Of a DNA stretch of 64,000 bases, positions 52,488-61,978 are shown piece after piece. Under the pieces are notes generated by a model. That model worked only from the letters and a program-made list of their open reading frames with translations, was not told the DNA's origin and did not search any database. Every line of letters begins with the position of its first letter. Position 1 is the first letter of the stretch. This DNA comes from an uncultured Desulfobacterales bacterium (GTDB taxonomy: Bacteria > Desulfobacterota > DSM-4660 > Desulfatiglandales > HGW-15). A program made the position numbers and the translations under genes. The stretch spans positions 17,862 through 81,861 of the forward strand of contig CAYVDE010000002.1 in NCBI GenBank assembly GCA_964450535.1, read 5' to 3'.

Positions 52488-54408
52488 ACCCGAACCCATT
52501 GGGGTCAGGTCTTGTTTTTGACTTTTCAGCTTCGTTTTCGATTCCCCGGATTGCCCGGCAAGACCTGATTCCATCATGTGGCACTGCAAGGGCAAGATAG
52601 CTGTCCCCCTCCCGGTACATCAGCCTCTTGTCCACCATCATGCGCAGGAAACCCCGGAGACGGTCCTCTGCGTGCCCTGGGAAACAGCCGATGATTTCCC
52701 GGAACGAGCGGGTTCGATCGCAGAAAAGGTAGATTTCCCGTGAGTCCCCCTGGAGTCGATGGGTCATGGCATCAGTCCCTTTTCGCCTTTGGAGGATTAT
52801 AAGGAAGTCTCCGCCGTCCCGGAAGGACAGGATAGGCCCGCTTCGAGGCAGCCGGTGCAGTTCGTTGTAAGATCTCTGCCACTCCCGGACGCGATCCCGT
52901 ACAGGCCGCCATATCTTATGACTGCTGCGCACGCCTCCATGATAGCCCTGGACCATGAGCGTAAGGCCCTGGAGGATGCGGGCTGGAAAGAGTTGGCCAT
53001 AGTATCGGTGATTGAACGTCTTTCGAATGCCATACCTCCTGGGAGCGTCCCAAAACGGGCTTCCCAGACCCAGCCAGAAGAAAACCGTCTTAAGAGGTCT
53101 GAAGCACTGGACAAACTCGAGGGTCCTGAGGGTCTCGGCAATATCGTTTTCATCGCTTCCCGGCACATGGAGGATCAGGTTTCCCGCCAGCTCCGGCATG
53201 CCCGGCATCTCGCAACGCTTCATGATCTCGAGGTTGTTGAGGACGGTCGTGCCTTTGCGGAGTTTGCGGAGAAGGCTTGTGCTTAAGGCCTCTATGCCCA
53301 CCTGGACTTCCCGCATGCCTGCGGCGGCCATGACCTCGAGGTCCTCGGGGGGCGTGGTGGCCCGGATCTCGCCGAAGAACTTGAAATCCCTGGAAAGACG
53401 GGCCACTCCTCCAAAGACGGCCTGGGATTGCCCGGCCGGGAGGAGGTTGTCCATGAACGCGACGGAGAGCACCCGGTGGGTGCGGGTGAGCTCGTCTATC
53501 TCACGCACGACCCTGTCGGGGGATTTGGCCCGGTAGCCCTTCCACTGGAGGTTCAGGTTGCAAAACCGGCAGCCGCGTTCCTTTCCTGTGGGAGATACCC
53601 CCCTCCACCAGCATCCGCGCGATATCTCCACAGGCAACTCCGGGATGAATCGTGAGTCCCGGGGCAAGGAATCGAGGGCTTCAAAGTATTCTCCGTAATC
53701 CGGAAGGGGGAGCAGGTCAAGATGAGACACCTGGCTGAAGGATCCATTGTCTGGGCCTTGCCGGGGCAGGAGGCCGGGAAAGGGCCGGACGCGGGCCTTT
53801 TTACTGTTAAGTGAAGACCTGGCAAGGTGGAGGAGGGGCTCCTCACCCTCTCCGCTGACCACGAAGTCGAGGTCCGGGAAGGTGTCGAGAATGCTCCGAC
53901 CCATGGCCCCGGCACAGGCCGATCCACCCGCAGCAAGGACGGACGAGGGTGCCAGGCTTCGTATCCTGCGGGCGAAATAAAGGGAGCTTGTGAGTTGCCC
54001 CAGGCAGATGGAGAACCCAACCAGCCGGTAGCGTTTCCACGGAATCCCTTTTAAAAAACTTTCGGTGGCTTCTTCGAGGCGGCCGCAGACAGAGGCAAGG
54101 ACGTCCTTGCCGGCCAAAGGAGCGCCGCGTGCCTTTCTTTCCCAGAGGCGGTAAATGTCATCTCTCTTCTCAGGGTAGAGAAGAGCGGCGTAAGGGGCCT
54201 CGGCGAGCCAGGTCCGTTTGGATATGGGACTGTAAAGAGAGTATCCGAGGTCCGCCGCAATGGGAAGATATGCGTGAAGGGCATGGATGCGGGCGTCGGG
54301 CAGGAAGGCGCCTACATAGGCCTTTAATGCCCCGAGTTGTATGGAAGGCCGGTTGAAAAGGGGCCAGGGGGCCGAGACCAGGGCGATATGCGGAGGGTCT
54401 TGTGCCAT
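52426..54408 (-). CDS. B12-binding-domain radical SAM protein (RiPP-maturation C-methyltransferase-like)
   Basis: 660 aa. N-terminal B12-binding-like region (IALVSAPWPLFNRPSIQLGALKAY...). Cluster motif RGCWW...GCRFCNLNLQWKGYRAKSP resembles the CWW...CxFCGLN signature as I recall it for that family. Confidence 0.7.
   Translation of the reverse strand: MAQDPPHIALVSAPWPLFNRPSIQLGALKAYVGAFLPDARIHALHAYLPIAADLGYSLYSPISKRTWLAEAPYAALLYPEKRDDIYRLWERKARGAPLAGKDVLASVCGRLEEATESFLKGIPWKRYRLVGFSICLGQLTSSLYFARRIRSLAPSSVLAAGGSACAGAMGRSILDTFPDLDFVVSGEGEEPLLHLARSSLNSKKARVRPFPGLLPRQGPDNGSFSQVSHLDLLPLPDYGEYFEALDSLPRDSRFIPELPVEISRGCWWRGVSPTGKERGCRFCNLNLQWKGYRAKSPDRVVREIDELTRTHRVLSVAFMDNLLPAGQSQAVFGGVARLSRDFKFFGEIRATTPPEDLEVMAAAGMREVQVGIEALSTSLLRKLRKGTTVLNNLEIMKRCEMPGMPELAGNLILHVPGSDENDIAETLRTLEFVQCFRPLKTVFFWLGLGSPFWDAPRRYGIRKTFNHRYYGQLFPARILQGLTLMVQGYHGGVRSSHKIWRPVRDRVREWQRSYNELHRLPRSGPILSFRDGGDFLIILQRRKGTDAMTHRLQGDSREIYLFCDRTRSFREIIGCFPGHAEDRLRGFLRMMVDKRLMYREGDSYLALAVPHDGIRSCRAIRGIENEAEKSKTRPDPNGFGFSPAAAGSPGESDGSPCPPG
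52501..52570. repeat. inverted-repeat element, copy C (full left arm, degenerate right arm)
   Basis: GGGGTCAGGTCTTGTTTTTGACTTTTC at 52501-52527. Partial complementary CAAGACCTGA at 52559-52568. Confidence 0.75.
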
Positions 54409-54525
54409 GGTGCTGGTATCTTGCCTCTATTTCCTTCAGGTTCTTCGCGTGCTTCGTGGCGGATTACGATTCATTACCGCCTCGAAGGACACGAAGAGCG
54501 GGGAAGGAGAAAACGCAAGCAAGAC

Positions 54526-55995
54526 TCATGTGTCTCTGACGGCGGGCTTCAGGTTCAAGGTCTTCCGAACAAGGTCTTTCTCCCGGGAGTAGTCTGTGAC
54601 GCGCTGGAGCATGATCTTTTGCGCCATGACCGGCCCGGCTCCGTGCCACGTGCCCACTCCATGCAGACCGGCCGTCCAGTTCTGCAGGTGCTTATGGACC
54701 TTTAAGATGTTCTCGGTGGGTTCATCCGAGCCGAAGCTGTAGAATTCCTCCACGTAATTCTTGACCTCGGGATTCTTGAGTTCCTTGAGGCTGGGCAGGG
54801 TCACGATGAGCCCCCCGCCGATGTCCCCTGCAAGTGCCATGACGCGCCAGAACGCGTTGCACACATTGAGCTTGGAGACGTTTCCCATGGTTTCGTCCGG
54901 GAGAAAAACCCCGCTTCCTACGGGTTCCTCGGCCCCTTTATGGGCCGCCGCGAGCCCGCAGGCCCTGCCGGTTTCCCGAAGCACGATCATCTCCATGAGC
55001 TGCTCGTTGATGTGTGTGACCTTTTCGAGCCCCTTGTACTCCTGGATCAGTTTGCAGGCCCCTATGATCTGATTCATGAACCCGACCTTGCAGGTGCCCC
55101 CGCAAGTCATGCGGTGAGTCCGGGCGAACCGGGTGACCAGCTTCACGGAGTAAGGGGTTTCCCCGCAGTGAAACACCCGTTCCCACGGGACAAAGACGTT
55201 GTCGAATATGACCATGGATGTTTCCCGCTGCCCGAACACGGGGTTTCCCAACTCTTCCAGGTCTTCGGCCATGTCGCGCTCGGCGCTGAACGGGGTGTAC
55301 TGGCACACAAAGGTGATGCCCTGTGCGTCCACCGGCGTGGCAAAGGCCACGGCGTAGTCTTCCTCTCCTTCAAAGTGAGCGGCCTGTGGAAGCACCACGA
55401 GTTCGTGGCTGGCGAAGGCCCCGCTGATGTTGATCTTGGCTCCTCTTACAGTAATCCCCTTGTCGTTCCTGTCCACGACTTTCAGGCTGAGGTATGGGTC
55501 CGGCCAGTCCAGGGTCTTCTTGCCCCGGCTCCCCCGCGGTTCAGTGAGTGCCCCGGCCACGGAAAGGTCTTCCCTTTGAACCCACTTCAGGTAGTCGAGA
55601 AAGCGGGGATGGTATTCAGTACCCAGTTCCCGGTCCATCTCCCAGGTTGTGCTCGCCAGGGAATGGAATGCATCGTATCCCACGCAGCGGTAAATGCAGG
55701 TGCCCAGCCTTTCTGCGGTAAAGGTGCCGGCCTCGGCCTTTTTAACCAGGTCGTCCGTGCTCCCGCTGACGTGGGTGTAACGATTGACCACATCGTTTAT
55801 GAGCGGGGAAAAGCAGGACATTACGGCGCTGGATTCCGGGTCGAGCGCCCACTGGTAGCTCGCCTTGTTGGCTTCCACCACGGTGCGGGTGTTTCGATTC
55901 TCGAGCAGGTCTTCCACGCGCTCGCCGTTCATGAAAACGCGGGGCTTGATCCCCTTAATGCTCTCTTCGAATTCCTCGGGTGTCTTCAGGGTCAT
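54526..55995 (-). CDS. abfD: 4-hydroxybutyryl-CoA dehydratase / vinylacetyl-CoA isomerase family (4-HPA hydroxylase fold)
   Basis: 489 aa. It aligns by eye along its length with AbfD (RCVGYDAFHSL, VVRGAKINISG, GGLIVTLPS segments). Confidence 0.8.
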   Translation of the reverse strand: MTLKTPEEFEESIKGIKPRVFMNGERVEDLLENRNTRTVVEANKASYQWALDPESSAVMSCFSPLINDVVNRYTHVSGSTDDLVKKAEAGTFTAERLGTCIYRCVGYDAFHSLASTTWEMDRELGTEYHPRFLDYLKWVQREDLSVAGALTEPRGSRGKKTLDWPDPYLSLKVVDRNDKGITVRGAKINISGAFASHELVVLPQAAHFEGEEDYAVAFATPVDAQGITFVCQYTPFSAERDMAEDLEELGNPVFGQRETSMVIFDNVFVPWERVFHCGETPYSVKLVTRFARTHRMTCGGTCKVGFMNQIIGACKLIQEYKGLEKVTHINEQLMEMIVLRETGRACGLAAAHKGAEEPVGSGVFLPDETMGNVSKLNVCNAFWRVMALAGDIGGGLIVTLPSLKELKNPEVKNYVEEFYSFGSDEPTENILKVHKHLQNWTAGLHGVGTWHGAGPVMAQKIMLQRVTDYSREKDLVRKTLNLKPAVRDT

Positions 55996-56045
55996 GATCG
56001 TTTCCTCCTTCAGGCGGGTTGAGGGTGAGTTGGCAATCGTCCGGT

Positions 56046-57905
56046 TCAGACGGGTGAGAGCCGCAGGACGTGGTATCCCTTCTCGGTAAGGAGTCGGCGT
56101 ATTTCTTCGGGCAGGTTAAGCGTGGTTGCCAGGAGGAGGCGGCCGGCGCTGTCCTGGAATGACGCCCCCGGGATTCTAAAGCGGATGTTCCGGTGCTCGT
56201 TTCGTTCAGAGGCCGTCACATCCAAAGGCCCCGGTTCAAAGGGTATGCCCAGGAACTCGAGGAGACGTGTAAGGACGCGAAGAGGGTCCTTTTCTCCGGA
56301 CAGGGAAAGATAGGAGAGGTCCCTTTCCTTCAAAAGGGTCATTATCTCGGAGCCGGCGCCGGACAGGTCCAGCATAAGCTTCTTTCCCTCCTTTTCAAGT
56401 AGGTAATCGGCCTTGACAAACAGGTTGAAGTCCACTCCTTCCCGCTTTTCATAAACGGGAATCTCCACGTTTCTCATGAAATCAAGTCGATTCAGATCCA
56501 GAACGGTCTCAACGAGAGATGAGAGATCCGGACCGGAACCAAGAACGGTTCCGGCCTTGGGGAGGGCATCCTTGCCGGTACGGGGTGGAGGGAAATCAAC
56601 TGCCTTTACACCCTGCCTGGCCAGATATTCCCGGATCGGTTTCGGCGTGGGAGGTGTGTTTTCATCCAGCAGGGTGATCAGAAGGGTTTCGCCGTCTTTG
56701 CGAAGGATCCAGTCCGCTGTCAGCTTTGCCTGAATCATCCCCCCGAGTTGGACGGCCTCCTCCTCTCCCATGAGAATTCCCAGGTTGCACTCCGGAAGGA
56801 TCCGATCCAGGGCACCCGCCAGGTCGTCTCCCTCCGTAAGGTGAACGATCCGGTAGTGATTCCATGTCCTCTCGAGCAGCGAGGCCATGTCCCCCGGGAG
56901 GGTGTTGTGCAAGTCCACAATAACCTTGAGCCCGTTGGAGAGGTCTATCATGGGATAGGTGTCGGCACGCAGGTTGACCTCGCCTTGACCCTTAAGCGGT
57001 ATGTAGTGTTGGCCGTGCTGGATCCACTCTTCTCCAAGGGTCCGGAACAGCTGTCCGAGTTCGTCCCTGAGGGGATTGGGACTTTCCGGGACCGGGCTGA
57101 TCCGCACAGCGGTCTGCGGGGGAGGCTCCATTGCGAGTTCGGGCATGACTTCATGACGGGGAAGCTCCACCGGCTCACGGGTTTCAATGGGCATTCGGAC
57201 CAGTTCTGGGGTGAATACCGGCAATCGAATAACCTGTCCTGGATAGATCAGGTTGACATCCTGCACGGAAGGGTTGAGCCGGCGCACGGTCGACAGGTAT
57301 CTTTCGTAAAACGCAGCATCCGGTGCTTCGTACTGCCGGTTGATGATTTTTACAAAGTTGTCGCCCGGCTGAACCGTGTAGCCTCTCAGCTCAATGTCCC
57401 CTAAATCATCCAGCGTTACGGATACGGGTTCGGCAGGAGGCGGCGAGGCATGAACCCCTTCAACGGGCGAAAGGGTCAGCGGGATCAGTATTTTTTGGCC
57501 CGGGTGAATGTGGTCCAGATTGGAGAGATCCGGGTTGAGCTTCTTGAGGATATCGAGGATGTCTGCGAGGTTTCGCTTCTCGAGAAGCTTTCGTTCCCGG
57601 AGAAGCTGCCAGATCCACTCTCCCTCTCCTACTGAGTGGATCTCTGTGAGGACCCTCCGGCCTGAGACCTCCAAGATTTCCCTTTCCGCCCCGGGCGCTG
57701 CGTCTGTCTCGGCGGTTTTTATAAGGGTGATGTCGTAAGTATCCTCTTGTGCCTCTTCGGCGATGGTGGGTGTGGATCCCGACAGGATAAAAGCCGCTAT
57801 GAGGCAGAGTATGCTGTTGACAATCCTGAAAGGGCTCTTCACATTGTCCCCTGTGTTCAAAGGCGGGTGAATCGGCCCGATAATTATTCCCTTGCTTCGC
57901 CTCAT
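56046..57905 (-). CDS. secreted LysM-like domain protein
   Basis: 619 aa. N-terminal hydrophobic signal/anchor. Two LysM-like segments (…LNPDLSNLDHIHPGQKILIPL; YTVQPGDNFVKIINRQY…NLIYPGQVIRLPV). Confidence 0.6.
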   Translation of the reverse strand: MRRSKGIIIGPIHPPLNTGDNVKSPFRIVNSILCLIAAFILSGSTPTIAEEAQEDTYDITLIKTAETDAAPGAEREILEVSGRRVLTEIHSVGEGEWIWQLLRERKLLEKRNLADILDILKKLNPDLSNLDHIHPGQKILIPLTLSPVEGVHASPPPAEPVSVTLDDLGDIELRGYTVQPGDNFVKIINRQYEAPDAAFYERYLSTVRRLNPSVQDVNLIYPGQVIRLPVFTPELVRMPIETREPVELPRHEVMPELAMEPPPQTAVRISPVPESPNPLRDELGQLFRTLGEEWIQHGQHYIPLKGQGEVNLRADTYPMIDLSNGLKVIVDLHNTLPGDMASLLERTWNHYRIVHLTEGDDLAGALDRILPECNLGILMGEEEAVQLGGMIQAKLTADWILRKDGETLLITLLDENTPPTPKPIREYLARQGVKAVDFPPPRTGKDALPKAGTVLGSGPDLSSLVETVLDLNRLDFMRNVEIPVYEKREGVDFNLFVKADYLLEKEGKKLMLDLSGAGSEIMTLLKERDLSYLSLSGEKDPLRVLTRLLEFLGIPFEPGPLDVTASERNEHRNIRFRIPGASFQDSAGRLLLATTLNLPEEIRRLLTEKGYHVLRLSPV

Positions 57906-58050
57906 TTGACCCCGTTCTGGTGGCCGGGTCCGAATCAGATTAATTCTAGATAGTTAGCCGGAACGATGTCAACGGTTTTTCAGAAAAGGCTGTTTTCCAC
58001 CATATATTGGAATTAGGGATTTGTAAAACACATTATATGGTATTTTTTCT

Positions 58051-58079
58051 TTGCATGTCCATCCATATTTTGATAAAAT
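58051..58079 (+). promoter_or_regulatory. candidate sigma70-type promoter upstream of smc (TTGCAT-17 nt-TAAAAT)
   Basis: Hexamers at 58051-58056 and 58074-58079 within an AT-rich divergent intergenic region. It would give a ~135-nt leader. Confidence 0.35.
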
Positions 58080-58219
58080 TTTTGTGATTTGCATCCTGCG
58101 ACCCGAGCGGCCAGGACCGTGTAGGGCAGTATTCCCCATCCCCAGAGGGTGCTTCAGTACCACATGGTGCCTGGGGACCGAAGACATTGCTACAGAATTC
58201 CTTTTTTTGGGAGGAATCC

Positions 58220-61200
58220 ATGAAAATCAAGAAAGTTTCCATCGTCGGGTTCAAATCCTTCATGGACCGCATGGAAGTCTCCCTGCCCGAGGGGATAAGT
58301 GCAGTAGTAGGTCCTAATGGTTGCGGTAAGAGCAACATCGTGGACGCGATCCGATGGGCCATGGGCGAACAGAGCGCCAAACAGCTGCGCGGGCGTCAGA
58401 TGGAGGACGTCATCTTCAGTGGGGCAGGCGAATTCAAGCCCATGGGAATGGCGGAGGTCTCCATACTGTTCGAGAACGGTGGCGGCTCTTTTCCAGGGGA
58501 GTATGCGCAGTTCACTGAACTGGCGGTTACACGTAGACTCTACCGGTCCGGGGAGAGCGAGTACCTGATAAACCGTGTCCCCTGCCGCCTCAGGGATATT
58601 CAGGAGATATTCATGGATACGGGCCTGGGCAGCAAGGCCTACTCTATTATCGGACAGGGGAGGATAAGCAGCATTATCGAGCAGAAACCCGAGGAGACCA
58701 GGGCAATGCTCGAGGAGGCGGCCGGCATTACCAAATACAGGAAAAAGGTCGATGAGTCCCGGCGCAGGGTGGAGTTGACGAAAACAAACCTCCAGCGGGT
58801 GGACGACATTCTCGCCGAGGTGGAGAGGCAGATGCGCTCCCTCAAGCGACAGGCGGCCAAGGCAAGGCGATACAAGGCCCTGAGCGAGGAGATCGAGCGA
58901 TTGGAGTTGAGCCTCCACGCCAATTCCTACAGCGAGCTGCAGGGTGAGTCGGAGAAGAGCATTCGGTCCACTGAAAGCCTCCTTGAGGAAGAGGGAGTGC
59001 TCGCTTCCAGGTTTTCTGCAAGACAGGCCGATGTTGAGCGTATGAATCTGGAACTTGCACAGATGGACGAGGAAATCAACCGGCTTCGTGATCGATTCCT
59101 GACCCGGAAGGAATCCGTGACCCGGAAGGAATCCACGCTGGAGTCCTTGGCCGGTGAGAAGCGGATGCAGGCCGCCTTGGAGCAACGTCTCGGGGAAGAG
59201 AAGCTGGATATAGACCGAAGGCTCAAGCGTTTCAGCGAGGAACGCGTGGAACTCGAGGACCGGGTCGCGGTCTTGCGGGAAAACGCGGGTGTACTGGAGG
59301 GTGAACTGGCCCTGATGGACCATCGTCTCAAGAGGCGCAATGCTGTTCTCGAAGAGATCCGCACCGAGTATGAGCGGGCCCGAACCGATGTCAACAACGG
59401 TGTGACCAGGGAGATGGGCCTGAATCAGGAGTCGGGCTACCTGAACCGGCGCATTGGAGAAATCACGGACGGAAGGGCAAGGCTGGAACAGGAAAACGCG
59501 GAGGTTGCCGAAAAGATCGAGCGCATGGTCGAGGCGTCGCGCAGGAAGACCGAAACGCGGGAGGCCCTGGCTGCGAAGCTTGCCGGTATCCAAGAGGACC
59601 TTGGCCTGGAGAGGGAGAGCCGGGAAGAATTGGAGCAGGTCCGGCGCAGGGAAGAGGCGGATCTAAAAAAGGCGGAGACCGAGCTGGCTAATAAGGACTC
59701 CCGGTTGTCCAGCCTTCGTTCCCTCACGGAGAACTTCGAGGGCTACAAGTTGGGCGTCCGCACCATCATGAAGGCAAAAGACCTCGAGGTGAGGAATCAG
59801 GGGCGTGTCCTCGGGCTGGTGGCCGATATTATCCAGGTGCCCCCGGAGTTCGAGCAGGCGGTCGAGGCGGTCATGGCCGATCGCCTCCAGTACATCGTGG
59901 TTGAGGGGCTCGAGGACGGCAAGGAGGCCGTTACCTATCTGAAGGAACGGGCCCGAGGCCGCAGCAGCTTCGTCCCTTTGCGCCATTTGCGGCCCAACGG
60001 CAACGGCAACGGAACCGGAAACGGCCTTCCACTTCTTCGGGACCGGGTTTCCGCCCCTGAGGCCTACCGCCCGCTGGTACATACCCTTTTGGGGGATGCC
60101 GTGATCGCCGAGGACCTGGACCAGGCAATATCCGTATGGTCCCGAAACGGGATCCGGCAGTGCCTCGTGACTCCTGACGGCGACATGATCGACGAACGAG
60201 GCGTGATCAGCGGTGGGAAGGTAATGCAGAGTTCCCATGGGCTTCTTGCTAGAAAGCGGGAGATCTCCGAACTGGAGCAGCAGGTGGCCGCAGGCCGGAA
60301 AGAAGTTGAGACGCTGATTGCAAGACTCGAGCAGATCGATCACGAAGCACAGGAGAAGAGGGCCCGGATGGAGTCTCTGGAATTGAAACGGGAGGAGTGC
60401 CGGGACCAGATTAACGAACATGACCGAGCCATTCTCCGGCTCAGCCACGAGCTGGACCAGCTGGAGCGCTTTTCGGATCGAATATCAGGAGAGTTGGACC
60501 AGAAGGACAAGGAAAAGGAAAAACACCGCCAGGCCCTTACTCGCATCGAACAGGAGCTGGCTTCGTGCAAGGAGACCATTCGCCAAAAGGAGGTCTACCT
60601 CAAGGGTAAAGAGGCTGAATTGAAGGAGAGCGAAGAGGAGGCCGACAGATTCCGCAGCGAACTGACGCAGCTTCGAATGGACGTTAATATCGCAAAGGAG
60701 GAGGAAAAAGGCCTTCTCAGGCAGCTCGAACGGATTGACGAATATACGGACGAAGCCCGGGAGAAACTCGAGAAGATAGACCGGGACGCCGAGACGGCCC
60801 GTGAGACGTTTCAGGCGTGTGAGGAGCGGGAAAAGACGTTAAGAGAAGAGCTGGCGGAACTCCGCGAACGGCTTGCCGCGGCCGAGGAAACCGTGAACAA
60901 GGCGGACATGGAACGCGGATCCTTCAAGAACCGAATCCGCGAGGAGGAAAAAGAGGTCGGGGCTATTCGAGGGGAACTGGACGACCTCAAGGAGCGAATC
61001 AATCGTGCCCGTATGCAGCAATCCGAGATCACGCACCGCATGAACAGCCTTGTCGAGATTGTCCGGGACAAGTTCAACCTGGAACTAACCGAAGTTTACA
61101 GTCAGTATGTGGAGGAGGGTTTTTCGTCGTCGGAGACCCGGGAGATGGTCGAAGAGAAAAAGCAGTATCGGGAAAAACTAGGGGAAGTGAACCTGGCTGC

Positions 61201-61792
61201 CATCCATGAGCACGAAGAACTAAAGGAGCGCTACGTCTTCATCACAGGACAGAGGGATGATCTCCTGAATTCCATAGAATCGCTGAACAAGGCCATACGG
61301 AAGATCAACCGCATCTGCCTGGAGAAATTTTCACAGACCTTCGTCGAGGTGGATCAAAAGATCCGTGAAGTGTTTCCCATCCTGTTCAAGGGTGGGACCG
61401 CAGGCCTGAAACTCACCGACGAGAGCCGGCCCCTGGAAAGCGGCGTCCTCGTGGAGGTGAGACCTCCCGGAAAGAAACTGAGTCACATGGGCCTTCTCTC
61501 GGGCGGCGAAAAGGCACTGGTGGCAATGGCCCTGCTTTTTGCCATATATCTGATCAAGCCGAGCCCCTTCTGCCTTTTGGACGAGGTGGATGCGCCGCTC
61601 GATGAGGCCAACCTCGATCGTTTCAACAACCTGCTTGGTGAGATTCGAAAGTATTCTCAGGTGGTTCTGGTTACCCACAACAGGCGTTCCATGGAGATTG
61701 CCGAGCGGCTCTTCGGGGTGACCATGGAAAAGGCCGGGGTATCCAAGCTGGTTTCAGTAAACCTGGGCCAATCCATACTCCTTGCCGCCTGA
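58220..61792 (+). CDS. smc: chromosome segregation protein SMC
   Basis: ATG 58220 follows a GGGAGG RBS. Walker A GPNGCGKSN, long coiled coils around a hinge, signature LSGGEKALVAMALLFA and Walker B LLDEVDAPLD. Confidence 0.95.
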   Translation: MKIKKVSIVGFKSFMDRMEVSLPEGISAVVGPNGCGKSNIVDAIRWAMGEQSAKQLRGRQMEDVIFSGAGEFKPMGMAEVSILFENGGGSFPGEYAQFTELAVTRRLYRSGESEYLINRVPCRLRDIQEIFMDTGLGSKAYSIIGQGRISSIIEQKPEETRAMLEEAAGITKYRKKVDESRRRVELTKTNLQRVDDILAEVERQMRSLKRQAAKARRYKALSEEIERLELSLHANSYSELQGESEKSIRSTESLLEEEGVLASRFSARQADVERMNLELAQMDEEINRLRDRFLTRKESVTRKESTLESLAGEKRMQAALEQRLGEEKLDIDRRLKRFSEERVELEDRVAVLRENAGVLEGELALMDHRLKRRNAVLEEIRTEYERARTDVNNGVTREMGLNQESGYLNRRIGEITDGRARLEQENAEVAEKIERMVEASRRKTETREALAAKLAGIQEDLGLERESREELEQVRRREEADLKKAETELANKDSRLSSLRSLTENFEGYKLGVRTIMKAKDLEVRNQGRVLGLVADIIQVPPEFEQAVEAVMADRLQYIVVEGLEDGKEAVTYLKERARGRSSFVPLRHLRPNGNGNGTGNGLPLLRDRVSAPEAYRPLVHTLLGDAVIAEDLDQAISVWSRNGIRQCLVTPDGDMIDERGVISGGKVMQSSHGLLARKREISELEQQVAAGRKEVETLIARLEQIDHEAQEKRARMESLELKREECRDQINEHDRAILRLSHELDQLERFSDRISGELDQKDKEKEKHRQALTRIEQELASCKETIRQKEVYLKGKEAELKESEEEADRFRSELTQLRMDVNIAKEEEKGLLRQLERIDEYTDEAREKLEKIDRDAETARETFQACEEREKTLREELAELRERLAAAEETVNKADMERGSFKNRIREEEKEVGAIRGELDDLKERINRARMQQSEITHRMNSLVEIVRDKFNLELTEVYSQYVEEGFSSSETREMVEEKKQYREKLGEVNLAAIHEHEELKERYVFITGQRDDLLNSIESLNKAIRKINRICLEKFSQTFVEVDQKIREVFPILFKGGTAGLKLTDESRPLESGVLVEVRPPGKKLSHMGLLSGGEKALVAMALLFAIYLIKPSPFCLLDEVDAPLDEANLDRFNNLLGEIRKYSQVVLVTHNRRSMEIAERLFGVTMEKAGVSKLVSVNLGQSILLAA

Positions 61793-61876
61793 TGCAGACG
61801 TCTCTAATCTGAACCCCGGTTCGGAAAAATTTCTTGAAAGCCCGAATCGGTTGGTCTACAAGATAGACATATTCTA

Positions 61877-61907
61877 CCGCCCCGTTCTAACGGGGCGGTT
61901 TCGTTTT
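61877..61907 (+). terminator. Rho-independent terminator after smc
   Basis: Perfect 8-bp GC stem CCGCCCCG / CGGGGCGG with a 6-nt loop, followed by TTTCGTTTT. Confidence 0.7.
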
Positions 61908-61978
61908 GTAAAGAGGCGGCTCGAGGCCGGGCCCCGTGGCCTGAATTCCTCTTGCCCGTAGGGGGTCTTATTAAGAGC

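Noticed and set aside
52149-52595. 148-aa minus-strand ORF starting at the repeat-derived ATG
   Set aside because: It is antisense to the better-supported 69-aa ORF and the end of the GltD-like gene. It begins inside repeat copy C. Low-complexity translation.
54940-56022. 360-aa plus-strand ORF antisense to abfD
   Set aside because: A shadow ORF of a well-supported gene. Low-complexity Gly/Pro/His-rich translation.
58190-59593. 467-aa minus-strand ORF antisense to smc (also 59663-60448)
   Set aside because: It lies entirely inside the SMC coiled-coil coding region. The open frame is explained by the biased GAG/CTG-rich codon content. No recognisable domains.
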